Shown one piece after another: positions 12,560 through 26,669 of a stretch of DNA of 64,000 bases. Under the pieces are notes generated by a model. That model saw nothing but the letters and a program-made list of their open reading frames with translations, had not been told where the DNA came from and ran no database searches. Source of the stretch: Auanema rhodensis (Eukaryota; Animalia; Nematoda); assembly GCA_964057225.1 (NCBI GenBank), contig OZ059898.1:3596001-3660000 (forward strand). The letters are read 5' to 3'. The position numbers and the translations under genes are program-made. Positions within the stretch are counted from its first letter, which is position 1; each line of letters begins with the position of its first letter.

Positions 12560-15500
12560 TTTCGTTGAATAACATTGTCCATCGTCTTTGCCTTAAAAAA
12601 AGGAATCTAAAAACATCTACTTTTTGCTAAATTATTTTGAAATTTTTCGAAAAAATTTTTGTCAAAATGTTTTTGGAAGCAATATTGAGTGTACATGGAA
12701 ACTCAACATACACTAATGCATCATTTTTCAAACGATCATACCTAATTTTTGTATTAAGCGTTTCTCAATGTACTATAGTGCATTCGATGCGGATTTTTAA
12801 GCTGCGTCGATCTGTGTTATCAGATTTGCGCTAGCTTAAAAATGCACCGAGATATCAACTGATATAAGTTCACACTTATATCCTCGATTTTCACCCTGAA
12901 GAATTAATTTTTTCGTTGAATAACATTGTCTATCGTCTTTGCCTTGAAAAATGGAATCTAAAAACATCTACTTTTTGCTAAATTATTTTGAAATTTTTCG
13001 AAAAAATTTTTGTCAAAATGTTTTTGGAAGCAATGTTGAGTGTACATGGAAACTCAACATACACTAATGCATCATTTTTCAAACGATCATAACTAATTTT
13101 TGTATTAAGCGTTTCTCAATGTAGTATAGTGCATTGGATGCGGATTTTTAAGCTGCGTCGATCTGTGTTATTAGATTTGCGCTAGCTTAAAAATGCGCCG
13201 AGATATCAACTGATATAAGTTCACACTTATATCCTCGATTTTCACCCTGAAGAATTAATTTTTTCGTTGAATAACATTGTCCATCGTCTTTGCCTTAAAA
13301 AAAGGAATCTAAAAACATCTACTTTTTGCTAAATTATTTTGAAATTTTTCGAAAAAATTTTTGTCAAAATGTTTTTGGAAGCAATATTGAGTGTACATGG
13401 AAACTCAACATACACTAATGCATCATTTTTCAAACGATCATAACTAATTTTTGTATTAAGCGTTTCTCAATGTACTATAGTGCATTCGATGCGGATTTTT
13501 AAGCTGCGTCGATCTGTGTTATCAGATTTGCGCTAGCTTAAAAATGCACCGAGATATCAACTGATATAAGTTCACACTTATATCCTCGATTTTCACCCTG
13601 AAGAATTAATTTTTTCGTTGAATAACATTGTCCATCGTCTTTGCCTTAAGAAAAGGAATCTAAAAACATCTACTTTTTGCTGAATTATTTTGAAATTTTT
13701 CGAAAAAATTTTTGTCAAAATGTTTTTGGAAGCAATGTTGAGTGTACATGGAAACTCAACATACACTAATGCATCATTTTTCAAACGATCATAACTAATT
13801 TTTGTATTAAGCGTTTCTAAATGTAGTATAGTGCATTCGATGCGGATTTTTAAGCTGCGTCGATCTGTGTTATCAGATTTGCGCTAGCTTAAAAATGCAC
13901 CCAGATATCAACTGATATAAGTTCACACTTATATCCTCGATTTTCACCCTGAAGAATTAATTTTTTCGTTGAATAACATTGTCCATCGTCTTTGCCTTAA
14001 GAAAAGGAATCTAAAAACATCTACTTTTTGCTGAATTATTTTGAAATTTTTCGAAAAAATTTTTGTCAAAATGTTTTTGGAAGCAATATTGAGTGTACAT
14101 GGAAACTCAACATACACTAATGCATCATTTTTCAAACGATCATAACTAATTTTTGTATTAAGCGTTTCTCAATGTAGTATAGTGCATTCGATGCGGATTT
14201 TTAAGCTGCGTCGATCTGTGTTATCAGATTTGCGCTAGCTTAAAAATGCACCCAGATATCAACTGATATAAGTTCACACTTATATCCTCGATTTTCACCC
14301 TGAAGAAATGATTTTTTCGTTGAATAACATTGTCCATCGTCTTTGCCTTAAGAAAAGAAATCTAAAAACATCTACGTTTCGCTAAATTATTTTGAAATTT
14401 TTCGAAAACATTTTTGTCAAAATGTTTTTGGAAGCAATATTGAGTGTACATGGAAACTCAACATACACTAATGCATCATTTTTCAAACGATCATAACTAA
14501 TTTTTGTATTAAGCGTTTCTCAATGTAGTATAGTGCATTCGATGCGGATTTTTAAGCTGCGTCGATCTGTGTTATCAGATTTGCGCTAGCTTAAAAATGC
14601 ACCCAGATATCAACTGATATAAGTTCACACTTATATCCTTGATTTTCACCCTGAAGAATTAATTTTTTCGTTGAATAACATTGTCCATCGTCTTTGCCTT
14701 AAGAAAAGGAATCTAAAAACATCTACTTTTTGCTGAATTATTTTGAAATTTTTCGAAAAAATTTTTGTCAAAATGTTTTTGGAAGCAATATTGAGTGTAC
14801 ATGGAAACTCAACATACACTAATGCATCATTTTTCAAACGATCATAACTAATTTTTGTATTAAGCGTTTCTCAATGTAGTATAGTGCATTCGATGCGGAT
14901 TTTTAAGCTGCGTCGATCTGTGTTATCAGATTTGCGCTAGCTCAAAAATGCACCCAGATATCAACTGATATAAGTTCACACTTATATCCTCGATTTTCAC
15001 CCTGAAGAAATGATTTTTTCGTTGAATAACATTGTCCATCGTCTTTGCCTTGAAAAAAGAAATCTAAAAACATCTACGTTTCGCTAAATTATTTTGAAAT
15101 TTTTCGAAAACATTTTTGTCAAAATGTTTTTGGAAGCAATATTGAGTGTACATGGAAACTCAACATACACTAATGCATCATTTTTCAAACGATCATAACT
15201 AATTTTTGTATTAAGCGTTTCTCAATGTAGTATAGTGCATTCGATGCGGATTTTTAAGCTGCGTCGATCTGTGTGATCAGATTTGCGCTAGCTTAAAAAT
15301 GCACCGAGATATCAACTGATATAAGTTCACACTTATATCCTCGATTTTCACCCTGAAGAAATGATTTTTTCGTTGAATAACATTGTCCATCGTCTTTGCC
15401 TTGAAAAAAGAAATCTAAAAACATCTACGTTTCGCTAAATTATTTTGAAATTTTTCGAAAACATTTTTGTCAAAATGTTTTTGGAAGCAATATTGAGTGT

Positions 15501-17390
15501 ACATGGAAACTCAACATACACTAATGCATCATTTTTCAAACGATCATAACTAATTTTTGTATTAAGCGTTTCTCAATGTAGTATAGTGCATTCGATGCGG
15601 ATTTTTAAGCTGCGTCGATCTGTGTGATCAGATTTGCGCTAGCTTAAAAATGCACCGAGATATCAACTGATATAAGTTCACACTTGTATCCTCGATTTTC
15701 ACCCTAAAGAATTAATTTTTTCGTTGAATAACATTGTCTATCGTCTTTGCCTTGAAAAATGGAATCTAAAAACATCTACTTTTTGCTAAAATCTTTTGAA
15801 ATTTTTCGAAAAAATTTTTGTCAAAATGTTTTTGGAAGCAATGTTGAGTGTACATGGAAACTCAACATACACTAATGCATCATTTTTCAAACGATCATAA
15901 CTAATTTATGTATTAAGCGTTTCTCAATGTAGTATAGTGCATTCGATGCGGATTTTTAAGCTGCGTCGATCTGTGTTATCAGATTTGCGCTAGCTTAAAA
16001 ATGCACCCAGATATCAACTGATATAAGTTCACACTTATATCCTCGATTTTCACCCTGAAGAAATGATTTTTTCGTTGAATAACATTGTTCATCGTCTTTG
16101 CCTTGAAAGAAGAAATCTAAAAACATCTACGTTTTGCTAAATTATTTTGAAATTTTTCGAAAACATTTTTGTCAAAATGTTTTTGGAAGTAATATTGAGT
16201 GTACATGGAAACTCAACATACACTAATGCATCATTTTTCAAACGATCATAACTAATTTTTGTATTAAGCGTTTCTCAATGTAGTATAGTGCATTCGATGC
16301 GGATTTTTAAGCTGCGTCGATCTGTGTTATCAGATTTGCGCTAGCTTAAAAATGCACCGAGATATCAACTGATATAAGTTCACACTTATATCCTCGATTT
16401 TCACCCTGAAGAATTAAGTTTTTCGTTGAATAACATTGTCTATCGTCTTTGCCTTGAAAAATGGAATCTAAAAACATCTACTTTTTGCTAAATTATTTTG
16501 AAATTTTTCGAAAAAATTTTTGTCAAAATGTTTTTGGAAGCAATGTTGAGTGTACATGGAAACTCAACATACACTAATGCATCATTTTTCAAACGATCAT
16601 AACTAATTTTTGTATTAAGCGTTTCTCAATGTAGTATAGTGCATTCGATGCGGATTTTTAAGCTGCGTCGATCTGTGTTATCAGATTTGCGCTAGCTTAA
16701 AAATGCACCGAGATATCAACTGATATAAGTTCACACTTATATCCTCGATTTTCACCCTGAAGAATTAAGTTTTTCGTTGAATAACATTGTCTATCGTCTT
16801 TGCCTTGAAAAATGGAATCTAAAAACATCTACTTTTTGCTAAATTATTTTGAAATTTCTCGAAAAAATTTTTGTCAAAATGTTTTTGGAAGCAATGTTGA
16901 GTGTACATGGAAACTCAACATACACTAATGCATCATTTTTCGAACGATCATAACTAATTTTTGTATTAAGCGTTTCTCAATGTAGTATAGTGCATTCGAT
17001 GCGGATTTTTAAGCTGCGTCGATCTGTGTGATCAGATTTGCGCTAGCTTAAAAATGCACCGAGATATCAACTGATATAAGTTCACACTTATATCCTCGAT
17101 TTTCACCCTAAAGAATTAATTTTTTCGTTGAATGACATTGTCTATCGTCTTTGCCTTGAAAAATGGAATCTAAAAACATCTACTTTTTGCTAAAATCTTT
17201 TGAAATTTTTCGAAAAAATTTTTGTCAAAATGTTTTTGGAAGCAATGTTGAGTGTACATGGAAACTCAACATACACTAATGCATCATTTTTCAAACGATC
17301 ATAACTAATTTTTGTATCAAGCGTTTCTCAATGTAGTATAGTGCATTCGATGCGGATTTTTAAGCTGCGTCGATCTGTGTTATCAGATTT
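12560..17390. repeat. Segmental duplication I, copy 2 (one extra monomer near 15.0-15.6 kb)
   Basis: The offset changes from 23 to 24 monomers. The gaaatgatt/acgtttcg/gtgatcag unit occurs twice here and once in copy 1. Confidence 0.85.
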
Positions 17391-20300
17391 GCGCTAGCTT
17401 AAAAATGCACCGAGATATCAACTGCTATAAGTTCACACTTATATCCTCGATTTTCACCCTGAAGAAATAATTTTTTCGTTGAATAACATTGTCCATCGTC
17501 TTTGCCTTGAAAAAAGGAATCTAAAAACATCTACTTTTTGCTAAATTATTTTGAAATTTTTCGAAAAAATTTTTGTCAAAATGTTTTTGGAAGCAATATT
17601 GAGTGTACATGGAAACTCAACATACACTAATGCATCATTTTTCAAACGATCATACCTAATTTTTGTATTAAGCGTTTCTCAATGTACTATAGTGCATTCG
17701 ATGCGGATTTTTAAGCTGCGTCGATCTGTGTTATCAGATTTGCGCTAGCTTAAAAATGCACCGAGATATCAACTGATATAAGTTCACACTTATTTCCTCG
17801 ATTTTCACCCTGAAGAATTAATTTTTTCGTTGAATAACATTGTCTATCGTCTTTGCCTTGAAAAATGGAATCTAAAAACACCTACTTTTTGCTAAATTAT
17901 TTTGAAATTTTTCGAAAAAATTTTTGTCAAAATGTTTTTGGAAGCAATGTTGAGTGTACATGGAAACTCAACATACACTAATGCATCATTTTTCAAACGA
18001 TCATAACTAATTTTTGTATTAAGCGTTTCTCAATGTAGTATAGTGCATTGGATGCGGATTTTTAAGCTGCGTCGATCTGTGTTATTAGATTTGCGCTAGC
18101 TTAAAAATGCGCCGAGATATCAACTGATATAAGTTCACACTTATATCCTCGATTTTCACCCTGAAGAATTAATTTTTTCGTTGAATAACATTGTCCATCG
18201 TCTTTGCCTTAAAAAAAGGAATCTAAAAACATCTACTTTTTGCTAAATTATTTTGAAATTTTTCGAAAAAATTTTTGTCAAAATGTTTTTGGAAGCAATA
18301 TTGAGTGTACATGGAAACTCAACATACACTAATGCATCATTTTTCAAACGATCATAACTAATTTTTGTATTAAGCGTTTCTCAATGTACTATAGTGCATT
18401 CGATGCGGATTTTTAAGCTGCGTCGATCTGTGTTATCAGATTTGCGCTAGCTTAAAAATGCACCGAGATATCAACTGATATAAGTTCACACTTATATCCT
18501 CGATTTTCACCCTGAAGAATTAATTTTTTCGTTGAATAACATTGTCCATCGTCTTTGCCTTGAAAAAAGGAATCTAAAAACATCTACTTTTTGCTAAATT
18601 ATTTTGAAATTTTTCGAAAAAATTTTTGTCAAAATGTTTTTGGAAGCAATGTTGAGTGTACATGGAAACTCAACATACACTAATGCATCATTTTTCAAAC
18701 GATCATAACTAATTTTTGTATCAAGCGTTTCTAAATGTAGTATAGTGCATTCGATGCGGATTTTTAAGCTGCGTCGATCTGTGTTATCAGATTTGCGCTA
18801 GCTTAAAAATGCACCCAGATATCAACTAATATAAGTTCACACTTATATCCTCGATTTTCACCCTGAAGAAATGATTTTTTCGTTGAATAACATTGTCCAT
18901 CGTCTTTGCCTTGAAAAAAGAAATCTAAAAACATCTACGTTTCGCTAAATTATTTTGAAATTTTTCGAAAACATTTTTGTCAAAATGTTTTTGGAAGCAA
19001 TATTGAGTGTACATGGAAACTCAACATACACTAATGCATCATTTTTCAAACGATTATAACTAATTTTTGTATTAAGCGTTTTTCAATGTAGTATAGTGCA
19101 TTCGATGCGGATTTTTAAGCTGCGTCGATCTGTGTTTTCAGATTTGCGCTAGCTTAAAAATGCACCGAGATATCAACTGATATAAGTTCACACTTATATC
19201 CTCGATTTTCACCCTGAAGAATTAAGTTTTTCGTTGAATAACATTGTCTATCGTCTTTGCCTTGAAAAATGGAATCTAAAAACATCTACTTTTTGCTAAA
19301 TTATTTTGAAATTTTTCGAAAAAATTTTTGTCAAAATGTTTTTGGAAGCAATGTTGAGTGTACATGGAAACTCAACATACACTAATGCATCATTTTTCAA
19401 ACGATCATAACTAATTTTTGTATTAAGCGTTTCTCAATGTAGTATAGTGCATTCGATGCGGATTTTTAAGCTGCGTCGATCTGTGTGATCAGATTTGCGC
19501 TAGCTTAAAAATGCACCGAGATATCAACTGATATAAGTTCACACTTGTATCCTCGATTTTCACCCTAAAGAATTAATTTTTTCGTTGAATAACATTGTCT
19601 ATCGTCTTTGCCTTGAAAAATGGAATCTAAAAACATCTACTTTTTGCTAAAATCTTTTGAAATTTTTCGAAAAAATTTTTGTCAAAATGTTTTTGGAAGC
19701 CATGTTGAGTGTACATGGAAACTCAACATACACTAATGCATCATTTTTCAAACGATCATATCTAATTTATGTATTAAGCGTTTCTCAATGTAGTATAGTG
19801 CATTCGATGCGGATTTTTAAGCTGCGTCGATCTGTGTTATCAGATTTGCGCTAGCTTAAAAATGCACCCAGATATCAACTGATATAAGTTCACACTTATA
19901 TCCTCGATTTTCACCCTGAAGAATTAAGTTTTTCGTTGAATAACATTGTCTATCGTCTTTGCCTTGAAAAATGGAATCTAAAAACATCTACTTTTTGCTG
20001 AATTATTTTGAAATTTTTCGAAAAAATTTTTGTCAAAATGTTTTTGGAAGCAATGTTGAGTGTACATGGAAACTCAACATACACTAATGCATCATTTTTC
20101 AAACGATCATAACTAATTTTTGTATTAAGCGTTTCTCAATGTAGTATAGTGCATTCGATGCGGATTTTTAAGCTGCGTCGATCTGTGTTATCAGATTTGC
20201 GCTAGCTTAAAAATGCACCGAGATATCAACTGATATAAGTTCACACTTATATCCTCGATTTTCACCCTGAAGAATTAAGTTTTTCGTTGAATAACATTGT

Positions 20301-21179
20301 CTATCGTCTTTGCCTTGAAAAATGGAATCTAAAAACATCTACTTTTTGCTAAATTATTTTGAAATTTTTCGAAAAAATTTTTGTCAAAATGTTTTTGGAA
20401 GCAATGTTGAGTGTACATGGAAACTCAACATACACTAATGCATCATTTTTCAAACGATCATATCTAATTTATGTATTAAGCGTTTCTCAATGTAGTATAG
20501 TGCATTCGATGCGGATTTTTAAGCTGCGTCGATCTGTGTTATCAGATTTGCGCTAGCTTAAAAATGCACCCAGATATCAACTGATATAAGTTCACACTTA
20601 TATCCTCGATTTTCACCCTGAAGAATTAAGTTTTTCGTTGAATAACATTGTCTATCGTCTTTGCCTTGAAAAATGGAATCTAAAAACATCTACTTTTTGC
20701 TGAATTATTTTGAAATTTTTCGAAAAAATTTTTGTCAAAATGTTTTTGGAAGCAATGTTGAGTGTACATGGAAACTCAACATACACTAATGCATCATTTT
20801 TCAAACGATCATAACTAATTTTTGTATTAAGCGTTTTTCAATGTAGTATAGTGCATTCGATGCGGATTTTTAAGCTGCGTCGATCTGTGTTATCAGATTT
20901 GCGCTAGCTTAAAAATGCACCGAGATATCAACTGATATAAGTTCACACTTATATCCTCGATTTTCACCCTGAAGAATTAAGTTTTTCGTTGAATAACATT
21001 GTCTATCGTCTTTGCCTTGAAAAATGGAATCTAAAAACATCTACTTTTTGCTAAATTATTTTGAAATTTTTCGAAAAAATTTTTGTCAAAATGTTTTTGG
21101 AAGCAATGTTGAGTGTACATGGAAACTCAACATACACTAATGCATCATTTTTCAAACGATCATAACTAATTTTTGTATT

Positions 21180-24100
21180 GAGCTTTTCTCAGTGTAGTAT
21201 AGTGCATTCGATGCGGATTTTTAAGCTGCGTCGATCTGTGTTATTAGATTTGGGCTAGCTCGAAAATGCACCGAGATATCAACTGATATAGGTTCACACT
21301 TATATCCTCGATTTTCACCCTGAAGAATTAATTTTTTCGTTGAATAACAATGTCCATCGTCTTTGTCTTGAAAAAAGGAATGTAAAAACATCTACTTTTT
21401 GCTAAATTATCTGGAAATTTTTCGGGAAAATTTTTGTCAAAATGTTTTTGGAACCAATTTTGAGTGTACATGGAAACTCAACATACAGTAATGCATCATT
21501 TTTCAAACGATCATAACTAATTTTTGTATCGAGCTTTTCTCAGTGTAGTATAGTGCATTCGATGCGGATTTTTAAGCTGCGTCGATCTGTGTTATTAGAT
21601 TTGGGCTAGCTCGAAAATGCACCGAGATATCAACTGATATAGGTTCACACTTATATCCTCGATTTTCACCCTGAAGAATTAATTTTTTCGTTGAATAACA
21701 ATGTCCATCGTCTTTGTCTTGAAAAAAGGAATGTAAAAACATCTACTTTTTGCTAAATTATCTGGAAATTTTTCGGGAAAATTTTTGTCAAAATGTTTTT
21801 GGAACCAATTTTGAGTGTACATGGAAACTCAACATACAGTAATGCATCATTTTTCAAACGATCATAACTAATTTTTGTATTGAGCTTTTCTCAGTGTAGT
21901 ATAGTGCATTCGATGCGGATTTTTAAGCTGCGTCGATCTCTGTTATCAGATTTGCGCTAGCTTGAAAATGCACCGAGATATCAAATGATATAGGTTCACA
22001 CTTATATCCTCGATTTTCACCCTGAAGAATTAATTTTTTCGTTGAATAACAATGTCCATCGTCTTTGTCTTGAAAAAAGAAATGTAAAAACATCTACTTT
22101 TTGCTAAATTATCTGGAAATTTTTCGGGAAAATTTTTGTCAAAATGTTTTTGGAAGCAATTTTGAGTGTACATGGAAACTCAACATACAGTAATGCATCA
22201 TTTTTCAAACGATCATAACTAATTTTTGTATTGAGCTTTTCTCAGTGTAGTATAGTGCATTCGATGCGGATTTTTAAGCTGCGTCGATCTGTGTTATTAG
22301 ATTTGGGCTAGCTCGAAAATGCACCGAGATATCAACTGATATAGGTTCACACTTATATCCTCGATTTTCACCCTGAAGAATTAATTTTTTCGTTGAATAA
22401 CAATGTCCATCGTCTTTGTCTTGAAAAAAGGAATGTAAAAACATCTACTTTTTGCTAAATTATCTGGAAATTTTTCGGGAAAATTTTTGTCAAAATGTTT
22501 TTGGAACCAATTTTGAGTGTACATGGAAACTCAACATACAGTAATGCATCATTTTTCAAACGATCATAACTAATTTTTGTATCGAGCTTTTCTCAATATA
22601 GTATAGTGCATTCGATGCGGATTTTTAAGCTGCGTCGATCTGTGTTATCAGATTTGCGCTAGCTTGAAAATGCACCGAGATATCAAATGATATAGGTTCA
22701 CACTTATATCCTCGATTTTCACCCTGAAGAATTAATTTTTTCGTTGAATAACAATGTCCATCGTCTTTGTCTTGGAAAAAGGAATCTAAAAACATCTACT
22801 TTTTGTGAAATTATTCGGAAATTTTTCGGGAAAATTTTTGTCAAAATGTTTTTGGAAGCAATTTTGAGTGTACATGGAAACTCAACATACAGTAATGCAT
22901 CATTTTTCAAACGATCATAACTAATTTTTGTATCGAGCTTTTCTCAATATAGTATAGTGCATTCGATGCGGATTTTTAAGCTGCGTCGATCTGTGTTATC
23001 AGATTTGCGCTAGCTTGAAAATGCACCGAGATATCAACTGATATTAGTTCACACTTATATCCTCGATTTTCACCCTGAAGAATTAATTTTTTCGTTGAAT
23101 AACAATGTCCATCGTCTTTGTCTTGAAAAAAGGAATGTAAAAACATCTACTTTTTGTGAAATTATTCGGAAATTTTTCGGGAAAATTTTTGTCAAAATGT
23201 TTTTGGAAGCAATTTTGAGTGTACATGGAAACTCAACATACAGTAATGCATCATTTTTCAAACGATCATAACTAATTTTTGTATTGAGCTTTTCTCAGTG
23301 TAGTATAGTGCATTCGATGCGGATTTTTAAGCTGCGTCGATCTGTGTTATCAGATTTGCGCTAGCTTGAAAATGCACCGAGATATCAAATGATATAGGTT
23401 CACACTTATATCCTCGATTTTCACCCTGAAGAATTAATTTTTTCGTTGAATAACAATGTCCATTGTCTTTGTCTTGAAAAAAGGAATGTAAAAACATCTA
23501 CTTTTTGCTAAATTATCTGGAAATTTTTCGGGAAAATTTTTGTCAAAATGTTTTTGGAACCAATTTTGAGTGTACATGGAAACTCAACATACAGTAATGC
23601 ATCATTTTTCAAACGATCATAACTAATTTTTGTATTGAGCTTTTCTCAGTGTAGTATAGTGCATTCGATGCGGATTTTTAAGCTGCGTCGATCTGTGTTA
23701 TTAGATTTGGGCTAGCTCGAAAATGCACCGAGATATCAACTGATATAGGTTCACACTTATATCCTCGATTTTCACCCTGAAGAATTAATTTTTTCGTTGA
23801 ATAACAATGTCCATCGTCTTTGTCTTGAAAAAAGGAATGTAAAAACATCTACTTTTTGCTAAATTATCTGGAAATTTTTCGGGAAAATTTTTGTCAAAAT
23901 GTTTTTGGAACCAATTTTGAGTGTACATGGAAACTCAACATACAGTAATGCATCATTTTTCAAACGATCATAACTAATTTTTGTATTGAGCTTTTCTCAG
24001 TGTAGTATAGTGCATTCGATGCGGATTTTTAAGCTGCGTCGATCTCTGTTATCAGATTTGCGCTAGCTTGAAAATGCACCGAGATATCAAATGATATAGG

Positions 24101-26660
24101 TTCACACTTATATCCTCGATTTTCACCCTGAAGAATTAATTTTTTCGTTGAATAACAATGTCCATCGTCTTTGTCTTGAAAAAAGAAATGTAAAAACATC
24201 TACTTTTTGCTAAATTATCTGGAAATTTTTCGGGAAAATTTTTGTCAAAATGTTTTTGGAAGCAATTTTGAGTGTACATGGAAACTCAACATACAGTAAT
24301 GCATCATTTTTCAAACGATCATAACTAATTTTTGTATCGAGCTTTTCTCAATATAGTATAGTGCATTCGATGCGGATTTTTAAGCTGCGTCGATCTGTGT
24401 TATCAGATTTGCGCTAGCTTGAAAATGCACCGAGATATCAAATGATATAGGTTCACACTTATATCCTCGATTTTCACCCTGAAGAATTAATTTTTTCGTT
24501 GAATAACAATGTCCATCGTCTTTGTCTTGGAAAAAGGAATCTAAAAACATCTACTTTTTGTGAAATTATTCGGAAATTTTTCGGGAAAATTTTTGTCAAA
24601 ATGTTTTTGGAAGCAATTTTGAGTGTACATGGAAACTCAACATACAGTAATGCATCATTTTTCAAACGATCATAACTAATTTTTGTATCGAGCTTTTCTC
24701 AATATAGTATAGTGCATTCGATGCGGATTTTTAAGCTGCGTCGATCTGTGTTATCAGATTTGCGCTAGCTTGAAAATGCACCGAGATATCAAATGATATA
24801 GGTTCACACTTATATCCTCGATTTTCACCCTGAAGAATTAATTTTTTCGTTGAATAACAATGTCCATCGTCTTTGTCTTGGAAAAAGGAATCTAAAAACA
24901 TCTACTTTTTGTGAAATTATTCGGAAATTTTTCGGGAAAATTTTTGTCAAAATGTTTTTGGAAGCAATTTTGAGTGTACATGGAAACTCAACATACAGTA
25001 ATGCATCATTTTTCAAACGATCATAACTAATTTTTGTATCGAGCTTTTCTCAATATAGTATAGTGCATTCGATGCGGATTTTTAAGCTGCGTCGATCTGT
25101 GTTATCAGATTTGCGCTAGCTTGAAAATGCACCGAGATATCAAATGATATAGGTTCACACTTATATCCTCGATTTTCACCCTGAAGAATTAATTTTTTCG
25201 TTGAATAACAATGTCCATCGTCTTTGTCTTGGAAAAAGGAATCTAAAAACATCTACTTTTTGTGAAATTATTCGGAAATTTTTCGGGAAAATTTTTGTCA
25301 AAATGTTTTTGGAAGCAATTTTGAGTGTACATGGAAACTCAACATACAGTAATGCATCATTTTTCAAACGATCATAACTAATTTTTGTATTGAGCTTTTC
25401 TCAGTGTAGTATAGTGCATTCGATGCGGATTTTTAAGCTGCGTCGATCTGTGTTATCAGATTTGCGCTAGCTTGAAAATGCACCGAGATATCAAATGATA
25501 TAGGTTCACACTTATATCCTCGATTTTCACCCTGAAGAATTAATTTTTTCGTTGAATAACAATGTCCATCGTCTTTGTCTTGAAAAAAGGAATGTAAAAA
25601 CATCTACTTTTTGCTAAATTATCTGGAAATTTTTCGGGAAAATTTTTGTCAAAATGTTTTTGGAACCAATTTTGAGTGTACATGGAAACTCAACATACAG
25701 TAATGCATCATTTTTCAAACGATCATAACTAATTTTTGTATTGAGCTTTTCTCAGTGTAGTATAGTGCATTCGATGCGGATTTTCAAGCTGCGTCGATCT
25801 GTGTTATCCGATTTGCGCTAGCTTGAAAATGCACCGAGATATCAACTGATATAGGTTCACACGTATATCCTCGATTTTCACTCTGAAGAATTAATTTTTT
25901 CGTTGAATAACAATGTCCATCGTCTTTGTCTTGAAAAAAGGAATCTAAAAACATCTACTTTTCATAAAATTATTTGGAAATTTTTCGGGAAAATTTTTGT
26001 CAAAATGTTTTTGGAAGCAATGTTGAGTGTACATGGAAACTCAACATACACTAATGCATCATTTTTCAAACGATCATAACTAATTTTTGTATTAAGCGTT
26101 TCTCAATGTAGTATAGTGCATTCGATGCGGATTTTTAAGCTGCGTCGATCTGTGTTATCAGATTTGCGCTAGCTTAAAAATGCACCGAGATATCAACTGA
26201 TATAGGTTCACACTTATATCCTCGATTTTCACCCTGAAGAATTAATTTTTTCGTTGAATAACAATGTCCATCGTCTTTGTCTTGAAAAAAGAAATGTAAA
26301 AACATCTACTTTTTGCTAAATTATCTGGAAATTTTTCGGGAAAATTTTTGTCAAAATGTTTTTGGAAGCAATTTTGAGTGTACATGGAAACTCAACATAC
26401 AGTAATGCATCATTTTTCAAACGATCATAACTAATTTTTGTATCGAGCTTTTCTCAGTGTAGTATAGTGCATTCGATGCGGATTTTTAAGCTGCGTCGAT
26501 CTGTGTTATCAGATTTGCGCTAGCTTGAAAATGCACCGAGATATCAAATGATATAGGTTCACACTTATATCCTCGATTTTCACCCTGAAGAATTAATTTT
26601 TTCGTTGAATAACAATGTCCATCGTCTTTGTCTTGAAAAAAGAAATGTAAAAACATCTAC
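21180..26660. repeat. Subfamily B block 1 (~15.5 monomers)
   Basis: Linked diagnostic bases: ttgagcttttctcagtg, ataggttc, acaatgtc, ttgtcttg, aatgtaaaa, atctggaaatttttcgggaaaa, gaa(c/g)caattttg, catacagt. About 15 differences from A. Confidence 0.9.
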
Positions 26661-26669
26661 TTTTTGCTA

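Larger units (their letters stand above)
1..21170. repeat. Subfamily A1 block (~60 monomers, the most heterogeneous block)
   Basis: ttcgaaaa, catacact, ttaagcgtttctcaatg, ataagttc, acattgtc, ttgccttg, gaagaatt. Block-restricted variants: tggatgcgg, gcgccgag, cccagat, gaaatgatt, acgtttcgc, aaaacattt, gtactat, gtctatcg/aaatgg. Confidence 0.9.

Noticed and set aside
4564-20556. 65-aa + strand ORFs (MKFFEKIF...)
   Set aside because: They have a TTG start and appear only where a single SNP turns the in-frame taa into tac/tat. Most monomers keep the stop, and there is no recognisable domain.
22814-22831. CENP-B-box-like TTCG...CGGG in the B subtype (ttcggaaatttttcggg)
   Set aside because: The spacing between TTCG and CGGG is 9 nt, versus 7 in the canonical box (TTCGNNNNANNCGGG), and the host is unknown. 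Not a valid match.
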